From Nitrospirota bacterium (GTDB lineage Bacteria > Nitrospirota > Thermodesulfovibrionia > Thermodesulfovibrionales > JdFR-85), in NCBI GenBank assembly GCA_013151785.1, contig JAADHP010000029.1, positions 1 to 25,659 of the forward strand: 25,659 nt of DNA, in the 5' to 3' direction. Positions 17,592 through 25,659 of this stretch are shown here, piece by piece. The notes beneath the pieces were generated by a model, which was given only the letters and a program-made list of their open reading frames with translations, made no database searches and was not told the DNA's origin. Made by a program: the position numbers and the translations under genes. Position 1 is the stretch's first letter; every line of letters starts with the position of its first letter.

Positions 17592-18526
17592 GAACGCCTC
17601 CCAAATCCGAATATCCTTTTTAACTTGGAGAAGTCTCCAACTATTCCGTTAGGCAAAAAGATTATTATCAGTATAAGCAGGATGCCAAACAGTGTTTGAT
17701 GGGCAGAGCCAAGCCTTGGCAGACTCCTTATGAACTCTGCAAGTATGACCATTATTACAGCACCAACAACAGGCCCCCAGAAGGTGGCCACTCCACCAAC
17801 CATAACAACCATTATGGTTACGATTGATATGTCATGAAGTGCAAAGACCACTTCGGGGTCGATGTATCCCATGTAGTTAGTATAAAAGGCACCGGCAAGA
17901 CCGGTCAGTACGGCACTAAGGCAAAGGGCAATGGTTTTGTAAAGAGTTGTGTTTATTCCAAGGGATTCGGCTGCATCCTGGTCTTCCCTGATTGCTACAA
18001 AGTAGTATCCCAGGCGCGACTGGATTACCTTTCTTACAACCAGAAATGTAAAAAGCGAAAGTCCCAAAATTATGTAGTAGTACCAGGTCTTTTCAACCCA
18101 GGTTCTTTCCTTTAGCATTATGCCAAGGGTGCCCTGGGTAAAGTTTCTCAGGTTTTCTGCCGTTACCCTGAAGACCTCTCCCATTGCAAGGGTGGCAAGG
18201 GCAAAGAATGGGCCTCGAAGCCTAAGGCAGATAAATCCGATAATTAATGCCTCTACCACAAGTATCGGAATGCTAAGCGGTATGCCCCACCATGCAGAAA
18301 CTCCACCTTTAAAATAAAGTATTCCGGCTGTGTAGGCACCTACACCAAAGAATGCAGCATGTCCAAAGGAGACCTGCCCGCAGTAACCACCAAGAAGATT
18401 CCATGCCATACCGATCACCGACCACATGAGCATCAGTATCAGTATGTGCATCACATAGGTGCTAAGTCCCAGAAAGGGAAGCACTGCCATAAGAGCAAAA
18501 ACTATGTAAGGTGCGTATCTCTTCAT
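17588..18526 (-). CDS. livM: Branched-chain amino acid-type ABC transporter permease
   Basis: WNLLGGYCGQVSFGHAAFFG, LRLRGPFFALATL, AIREDQDAAESLG. Confidence 0.93.
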   Translation of the reverse strand: MKRYAPYIVFALMAVLPFLGLSTYVMHILILMLMWSVIGMAWNLLGGYCGQVSFGHAAFFGVGAYTAGILYFKGGVSAWWGIPLSIPILVVEALIIGFICLRLRGPFFALATLAMGEVFRVTAENLRNFTQGTLGIMLKERTWVEKTWYYYIILGLSLFTFLVVRKVIQSRLGYYFVAIREDQDAAESLGINTTLYKTIALCLSAVLTGLAGAFYTNYMGYIDPEVVFALHDISIVTIMVVMVGGVATFWGPVVGAVIMVILAEFIRSLPRLGSAHQTLFGILLILIIIFLPNGIVGDFSKLKRIFGFGRRS

Positions 18527-19452
18527 CCTCCAAGCCTTCGTCTTCTAAGTAGTGATGCCACTCCACCGGGCAGAAATATAAGGGCTAAAATAAAAATGGC
18601 AAACCTGCCAACCGGTGCCCAGCCCATACCAATATAGGTGGCTGTTAAAGATTCAAAGATTCCAAGTAGCAAACCACCAATAATTGCTCCTACTGTAGAG
18701 CCAAGGCCACCAAGGATGGTGATAACAAAGGCGATAAGTGTAAACCTTCCACCAAGGGCTGGATAAAGATAATATATGGGAATAAAAAGACATCCAGCAG
18801 CCCCCACCAGTGCTGCACCAAGGCCAAAGGTGATAAGCCTCATGCGCTCCACATTAACGCCCATCAACAGGGCGGCATCAATGTCCTGGGCAGTTGCCCT
18901 TATTGATTTACCGGTGTCTGTTTTGCTTAGAAAAAACCACAGTGCAATGGTAATTATCACAGCCATCACAAAGGATACGGTCCAGGGTACAGAAAGGGAT
19001 AACTCGATAGGGGAACCTCTCCAGTAATCGCTCAGATACCAGGCATCAGAGGCATAATCCACAGGGGTTGAGCGATAATCAGAGGTAAAAAAGATTGTCG
19101 CCAGATTGGCAAGCACCATACCGATTCCAACGGTAAGGATTACCTGGTTTTCGGGAAGAATGGATTCCACCTTCAGCACTGGATTTATAAGAAATTTCTG
19201 GATGGCCATTCCAAACAAAAACATCAGTGGGGCCACAATGAGAACAGATACATAAGGGTCTATATGAAAGAGCACGAATAGCCAGTAGGCCATGTACATG
19301 GCCACCATCATAAGCTCACCATGAGCAAGATTGATGATCTTCATTACGCCCATGATGAGCGTCATGCCAATACCTATTAAGGCATACAGACCACCCAGTA
19401 GGAGGCCTGATATTAGGGTTTGAAGCAGTACCTCTAAGGCTACTGAGTCCAC
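18523..19452 (-). CDS. livH: Branched-chain amino acid-type ABC transporter permease (GTG start)
   Basis: GGLYALIGIGMTLIMGVMKIINLAHGE, GKSIRATAQD, ILGGLGS; SD AAGGAG. Confidence 0.93.
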   Translation of the reverse strand: MDSVALEVLLQTLISGLLLGGLYALIGIGMTLIMGVMKIINLAHGELMMVAMYMAYWLFVLFHIDPYVSVLIVAPLMFLFGMAIQKFLINPVLKVESILPENQVILTVGIGMVLANLATIFFTSDYRSTPVDYASDAWYLSDYWRGSPIELSLSVPWTVSFVMAVIITIALWFFLSKTDTGKSIRATAQDIDAALLMGVNVERMRLITFGLGAALVGAAGCLFIPIYYLYPALGGRFTLIAFVITILGGLGSTVGAIIGGLLLGIFESLTATYIGMGWAPVGRFAIFILALIFLPGGVASLLRRRRLGG

Positions 19453-19509
19453 AATATTAATATCTCCTTACACTACTGTCCGATATTAATGATTATTTGT
19501 TGTAACATA

Positions 19510-19634
19510 GAGGATATTAATTTTGAGCGGTTTTAATTTTGCTAAAAATTTGCCATGGAGGGCAAATAGCAAAATTTCCTTAGAACAGACCAGGGATAGC
19601 CTGTGAGAATGAGTCAAAAAATTAATATCCCCTG
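19510..19634. mobile_element. Palindromic MITE/REP-like element, copy 1 (between livK and livH)
   Basis: Terminal inverted repeats GGATATTAATTTT/AAAATTAATATCC, internal hairpins; 31 nt (19512-19542) identical to 20978-21008. Confidence 0.75.
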
Positions 19635-19664
19635 TGTTTTTATTATCAGACACTACGGATTTCC

Positions 19665-20858
19665 TTACCTTCTATCGCGCCAGCGTGGTATAGGATATAC
19701 ATAATGTTTTGTTGCATATTTTACGGGCCAGATGGTCTCATGTTTACCATTGATGACCTGTAGAACCAGGGTATCCATGAAGTTCTGGTTCTGGTAGCCC
19801 TCGCGGTCTTCGAACTTGATAGGACCAAAGGCAGTAACAATGTTGGTCTTCTTCATGGCAACCCTGATGTCCTCTGGTGTCCAGGACTTTGCCCTTTCAA
19901 GGACATCCTTTATCACATAGAGAGCTGAATATGCCTCGGCACCATGATAAGATGGATATTTGCCATAGCGAGATTTGTATTTTTCAGCAAACTCCTTGGC
20001 CCCTGGGTATGAAACCTGTGGGCTCCAGAGGGTTGCTGTTACCACATACTCGGAGGCATCCTTTGCGTTTTCTATAAACTCAGGGATTGCAAAGCCTGCT
20101 GCACCACCGGCAAAGAGTTTGGCGTCTATTCTGAGCTCTTTTATCTGTCGCATAAGTAGTGCAGCATCCATCACATAAGAAACCATATAAATTACATCTG
20201 GCCTTTTTGATTTAACCTTTGAGAGTATTGGTTTGAAATCGACTGCTCCACTTTCATATTTTTCTTTAAGAACCACTTTTATGCCAAGTTTTTTGGCATC
20301 CTTTACCATTCCTTCGGCACCCTTTGTGCCAAAGTCAGAGCTTTCATATAGGATTGCTATGGTTTTAGGTTTTACCACCTCTTTGAGAAAGGATCTAAGA
20401 CCGCTTGTGTAGTATGAGACCGATGGGTTCATACGGAAAACATATTTATAGTTCTGTTGGGTTATATTATCTGCAGCACCTGTAACTACCAGATAAGGAA
20501 CTTTACGTTCCTCTGCAACTGCGGCAATTGCCTTTGAGCACGATGAGCTATATTCACCGAAAATAACAGGCTGTTTCAGCACATCGATTATCTTCTCTGC
20601 TATTGCCCTTGAGATTTCAGGCTTGCCCTGTGAGTCTTCAAACTCGAGTATGACTTTCTTCCCTTTTATACCACCCTTTGCATTTATTTCCTCCATGGCT
20701 ATCTCATAAGAGCGTTTCTCAATTTCACCAAACTTTGCCTTGCTCCCTGTCAGTGGTAGAGGGATTGTAAATTTTACTGTATCTGCAGCCAGACTAAATC
20801 CGGCAAAGACAAACACCATAAAAAAGGCCAGAACCCCGACGACCCATCTCTGTCTCAT
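19665..20858 (-). CDS. livK: ABC transporter substrate-binding protein, Leu/Ile/Val-binding (PBP1) family
   Basis: Signal peptide (..FSLA-ADT), PLTGSKAKFG, EEINAKGGI, GEYSSS, YVFRMNP; SD AAGGAGG. Actual substrate not determinable from sequence. Confidence 0.9.
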   Translation of the reverse strand: MRQRWVVGVLAFFMVFVFAGFSLAADTVKFTIPLPLTGSKAKFGEIEKRSYEIAMEEINAKGGIKGKKVILEFEDSQGKPEISRAIAEKIIDVLKQPVIFGEYSSSCSKAIAAVAEERKVPYLVVTGAADNITQQNYKYVFRMNPSVSYYTSGLRSFLKEVVKPKTIAILYESSDFGTKGAEGMVKDAKKLGIKVVLKEKYESGAVDFKPILSKVKSKRPDVIYMVSYVMDAALLMRQIKELRIDAKLFAGGAAGFAIPEFIENAKDASEYVVTATLWSPQVSYPGAKEFAEKYKSRYGKYPSYHGAEAYSALYVIKDVLERAKSWTPEDIRVAMKKTNIVTAFGPIKFEDREGYQNQNFMDTLVLQVINGKHETIWPVKYATKHYVYPIPRWRDRR

Positions 20859-20898
20859 GACAACCTCCTTATTGTTTATTGATGTTTTTAATAGGATA

Positions 20899-20907
20899 AT
20901 TATACCA
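20899..20907 (-). promoter_or_regulatory. Extended -10 promoter for the liv operon
   Basis: Minus strand reads TG-G-TATAAT, 40 nt upstream of the livK ATG. Confidence 0.6.
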
Positions 20908-20973
20908 TATTATAGTTTCAAAAAAGGTTCGTTGTGGAGTCGGGTAAGAATACGAGAAGAACAGATTAGAATA

Positions 20974-21100
20974 CAGGGGATATTAATTTTGAGCGGTTTT
21001 AATTTTGCAAAGTGCTTGCCGTGATGGCAAGCACGCAAAATTTCCTCGGAGCGGGCCATGGATGGCCTGCGAGAATGAGACGAAAAATTAATATCCCCTG
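20974..21100. mobile_element. Palindromic MITE/REP-like element, copy 2 (most intact)
   Basis: Perfect 20-bp inverted repeat ATACAGGGGATATTAATTTT (20971-20990) / AAAATTAATATCCCCTGTAT (21084-21103), i.e. CAGGGG...CCCCTG flanked by TA on both sides; two internal hairpins. Confidence 0.8.
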
Positions 21101-21153
21101 TATATATCATTGTTCTCGGAAGGTAGTGCAGATGAATAATTATTGTTTAAAAG

Positions 21154-21246
21154 GACAGAGGGGTAATGGGTCTGAACGGTTTTGATCATCACCAAAGCCT
21201 CACCTGGATGGTGAGGCATGATGTGAAGGTCCATTACCCCTCTGTC
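21154..21246. mobile_element. Divergent shorter member of the same palindromic family, copy 3
   Basis: 16-bp perfect inverted repeat GACAGAGGGGTAATGG/CCATTACCCCTCTGTC; motif TGAACGGTTTTGAT (12/14 identical to copies 1-2); hairpin GCCTCACC-TGGAT-GGTGAGGC. Confidence 0.7.
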
Positions 21247-21259
21247 TTTAGCGCAAAAT

Positions 21260-21268
21260 TGCTACAAT
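21260..21268 (+). promoter_or_regulatory. Possible extended -10 promoter giving a near-leaderless sdhA mRNA
   Basis: TG-C-TACAAT ending 9 nt before the sdhA ATG; no SD sequence upstream of sdhA. Confidence 0.4.
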
Positions 21269-21276
21269 TAATAGAA
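21267..21276 (+). repeat. Right copy of the 10-bp inverted repeat (ATTAATAGAA), 1 nt before the sdhA ATG
   Basis: Exact reverse complement of 14754-14763. Confidence 0.6.
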
Positions 21277-21277
21277 A

Positions 21278-23011
21278 ATGGAAGTCATTGTACATAACTA
21301 TGATACAGTTATAATTGGCTCCGGCCTTGCAGGCCTGAGAGCAGCCCTTGAGACCACTGCTACGGGTTCTGTAGCAGTGCTTGCCAAACTTTATCCTACC
21401 CGCTGTCATTCCACTGCTGCACAGGGTGGTATTGCTGCAGCCCTTGGCAATGAAGAACCAGACAGCCCTGAATGGCATTTTTACGACACAGTAAAAGGCA
21501 GTGATTTCCTTGGCGACCAGGATGCCATAGAGGTAATGTGTGAGGATGCAGTTCGTACAGTGGTGGAGCTTGAGCACATGGGAGTACCCTTTTCCCGCAC
21601 ACCTGAGGGCAAAATTGCCCAGAGGCGTTTTGGTGGACATACAAGGGAGTTTGGAGCCGCACCTGTTAGAAGGGCCTGTTATTCGGCAGACCGCACAGGC
21701 CACGCCATAGTGTTTGCCCTGTATGAACAGTGTATGCTTAAGGGTGTTCAGTTTTTCTCTGAGTTTCATGTGCTTGACATAGTGGTGGAAGAAGGAAGAT
21801 GCCAGGGTGTTATTGCAATGGAAATAAAGACAGGCAAGCTACATGCCTTTCAGGCAAAGGCAACGCTGGTTGCAAGTGGTGGGTATGGAAGGGTCTTTAA
21901 AACCACATCCAATGCACTGGCAAGCACCGGTGATTGCCTTGGAATGCTTTTTAATCGTGGACTTCCGCTTGAGGATATGGAGTTTTTCCAGTTTCATCCA
22001 ACCGGTATCTATGGCCTGGGCATACTTATTACCGAAGGTGCAAGGGGCGAGGGAGGAGTATTGAGAAACTCAAAGGGCGAGAGGTTTATGGAGCGTTATG
22101 CGCCCACAATAAAAGACCTTGCACCAAGAGACATGGTTTCAAGAGCCATACTTACCGAGATAAGGGAGGGCAGGGGAATTGATGGTAGAGACTATGTCTA
22201 TTTAGACCTTACCCATGTGCCAAGGAAAAACATAGAGGAACGCCTTCCGGAGATCTCATCCTTCTGCAAGATATACCTTGGCATCGACCCTGCAGAGGAA
22301 CCAATCCCGGTGCTTCCAACTGCCCATTATGCAATGGGTGGTATCCCCACTGATGTGGATGGCAGGGTGTTAAGAGACGAAAAGGGCGTAACTGTTGAAG
22401 GGCTTTATGCTGCTGGTGAATGTGCCTGCGTGTCTGTACATGGGGCAAACCGGCTTGGTTGCAATTCACTGCTTGATACGGTTGTGTTTGGCAGAAGGGC
22501 AGGCAAGGCAATAAACAAGGAACTAAATGGATTAAAGCAGGGTAGTATTAAAAAGGAATTAATCAATCAGGTGTTTGAAGAGATTGACAGACTAATAAAT
22601 TCAAAAGGTACGGAAAAAATAGGGAAGATAAGAAAGCAGCTTCAGCAGAAGATGATGGAGCATTGCTCAGTGTTCAGAACCGAAGAGCACCTGAAGATGC
22701 TCATTGATGAGCTTAAGGATATTAAGGAGAGATACAGGGATATTGGCCTTAAAGACACTTCCGGTGCCTTTAATACAGAGTTGTTAGAGGCTATAGAGCT
22801 TGGCCACCTGATAACTCTTTCAGAGGTGATTGCCCACTCGGCCCTGAGGCGTACAGAAAGCCGTGGGGCCCACTACAGGGAGGACTTTCCAAAAAGGGAT
22901 GATGAAAACTGGCTTAAACATACCCTGGCCTTTAAGAAAAGCGGTGCAATTGAGTTTGCATACAAACCAGTCAGGATTACTAAATTTCAGCCCCAGGAGC
23001 GTAAATACTGA
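21278..23011 (+). CDS. sdhA: Succinate dehydrogenase / fumarate reductase flavoprotein subunit
   Basis: [14 protein letters not shown] (flavinylation His), [45 protein letters not shown]. Confidence 0.97.
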   Translation: MEVIVHNYDTVIIGSGLAGLRAALETTATGSVAVLAKLYPTRCHSTAAQGGIAAALGNEEPDSPEWHFYDTVKGSDFLGDQDAIEVMCEDAVRTVVELEHMGVPFSRTPEGKIAQRRFGGHTREFGAAPVRRACYSADRTGHAIVFALYEQCMLKGVQFFSEFHVLDIVVEEGRCQGVIAMEIKTGKLHAFQAKATLVASGGYGRVFKTTSNALASTGDCLGMLFNRGLPLEDMEFFQFHPTGIYGLGILITEGARGEGGVLRNSKGERFMERYAPTIKDLAPRDMVSRAILTEIREGRGIDGRDYVYLDLTHVPRKNIEERLPEISSFCKIYLGIDPAEEPIPVLPTAHYAMGGIPTDVDGRVLRDEKGVTVEGLYAAGECACVSVHGANRLGCNSLLDTVVFGRRAGKAINKELNGLKQGSIKKELINQVFEEIDRLINSKGTEKIGKIRKQLQQKMMEHCSVFRTEEHLKMLIDELKDIKERYRDIGLKDTSGAFNTELLEAIELGHLITLSEVIAHSALRRTESRGAHYREDFPKRDDENWLKHTLAFKKSGAIEFAYKPVRITKFQPQERKY

Positions 23012-23013
23012 TT

Positions 23014-23721
23014 ATGAAGAGATACATATTCAGAATAAAGAGGTTTAATCCAGAGACAGATCAGGCGCCTTACTGGCAGAACTTTGAGGTCAAGCTCGAG
23101 CCCATGGAGCGATTACTTGATGGACTATTACGAATAAAGGAAGAACAGGATGGCTCACTTACCTTTCGCCGTTCCTGTGCTCATGGAATATGTGGCTCCT
23201 GTGCCATGAAGATAAACGGCCGTAACAGACTTGCCTGTCAGACATTGATAAAAGACATGCCAGAGACAGTGGAGATAGAACCACTTGAGGCTTATCCAGT
23301 TATTAAAGACCTCGTGGTTGATATGGAGCCATTCTTTTCAAAAAACGAGGAGGTTATGCCATATCTTATAAATAACGACCCACCGCCAGATAGAGAGAGG
23401 CTACAAAGCCCTGATGATCAGCAGCGGCTGGTTGAGTCGATAACCTGCATTATGTGTGGCTCCTGCACATCGGCCTGTCCTGTTTACTGGTCAGACAGGC
23501 AGTATCTTGGCCCATCTGCCCTGCTCAAGGCATTCAGATTTATCTTTGACACCAGAGACAGGGCGACAGAGGAACGACTTAAACGAATCATCCACTCCCA
23601 TGGCCTCTGGCGGTGCCATTCTATTTACAACTGCGTTGAGGTCTGTCCAAAGGAGATAGACATCACCTCTCACATAGCGGCTCTGAAACGTTTTGCCTTA
23701 CGAAACAGGCTAAAGCCCTAA
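23014..23721 (+). CDS. sdhB: Succinate dehydrogenase / fumarate reductase iron-sulfur subunit
   Basis: FRRSCAHGICGSC...LAC ([2Fe-2S]), CIMCGSCTSACP ([4Fe-4S]), CHSIYNCVEVCP ([3Fe-4S]). Confidence 0.97.
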   Translation: MKRYIFRIKRFNPETDQAPYWQNFEVKLEPMERLLDGLLRIKEEQDGSLTFRRSCAHGICGSCAMKINGRNRLACQTLIKDMPETVEIEPLEAYPVIKDLVVDMEPFFSKNEEVMPYLINNDPPPDRERLQSPDDQQRLVESITCIMCGSCTSACPVYWSDRQYLGPSALLKAFRFIFDTRDRATEERLKRIIHSHGLWRCHSIYNCVEVCPKEIDITSHIAALKRFALRNRLKP

Positions 23722-23763
23722 TTCCCACCTCGCAGGTGGAACACCCACCTACGAGGTGGGAAT
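23721..23763. repeat. Nested palindrome / double hairpin after sdhB
   Basis: ATTCCCACCTCG...CGAGGTGGGAAT 12-bp outer inverted repeat; alternatively CCACCT-CGC-AGGTGG plus CCCACCT-ACG-AGGTGGG. Confidence 0.75.
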
Positions 23764-23802
23764 GGTAAATAATTGGTTTTTATATAAGCCATTGTAATAT
23801 AA

Positions 23803-25659
<1,857 letters not shown>

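Noticed and set aside
20740-21110. ORFs 20740..21024 (+) and 20910..21110 (-)
   Set aside because: They run through the palindromic element and the livK promoter or 5' end; not credible proteins.
19510-21246. CRISPR array interpretation of the repeats
   Set aside because: Units are 93-127 bp, irregularly spaced and divergent; no repeat-spacer periodicity and no cas genes.
21248-21769. 173-aa minus-strand ORF overlapping the sdhA start
   Set aside because: Antisense shadow of sdhA with no independent coding signature.

Overview
Core energy-metabolism region of an anaerobic dissimilatory sulfur-cycling bacterium, most likely a sulfate reducer. The Sat/Apr sequences recall Thermodesulfovibrio-like lineages, but that is recall and not a search result, and no dsr genes are present to fix the direction of flux. 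Left end: a small Cys-rich FeS-type protein behind CRP/FNR-like palindromes, a Na+/Ca2+-exchanger gene broken by a frameshift in a G6 run, and a YwiC-like membrane protein. Centre (+): adk-sat-aprB-aprA, two terminator-like hairpins, then qmoA-qmoB-qmoC-CBS protein-hppA, where HppA carries K+-dependent, Na+-PPase-type residues. Right: a minus-strand livK-H-M-G-F-acuB-like-sdhC-sdhD block sits back-to-back with plus-strand sdhA-sdhB, followed by ilvC and a truncated HEXXH peptidase. Most notable observations: (1) a 6.5 kb block bounded by an exact 10-bp inverted repeat, whose inversion would rebuild a canonical sdhCDAB operon; (2) three copies of a 93-127 bp palindromic element with a conserved motif and co-varying stems; (3) a sulfate-activation cluster that also encodes handling of both by-products (AMP by Adk, PPi by a Na+-type membrane PPase) plus a CBS protein overlapping qmoC. 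No rRNA, tRNA, CRISPR array, transposase or recombinase gene was seen.
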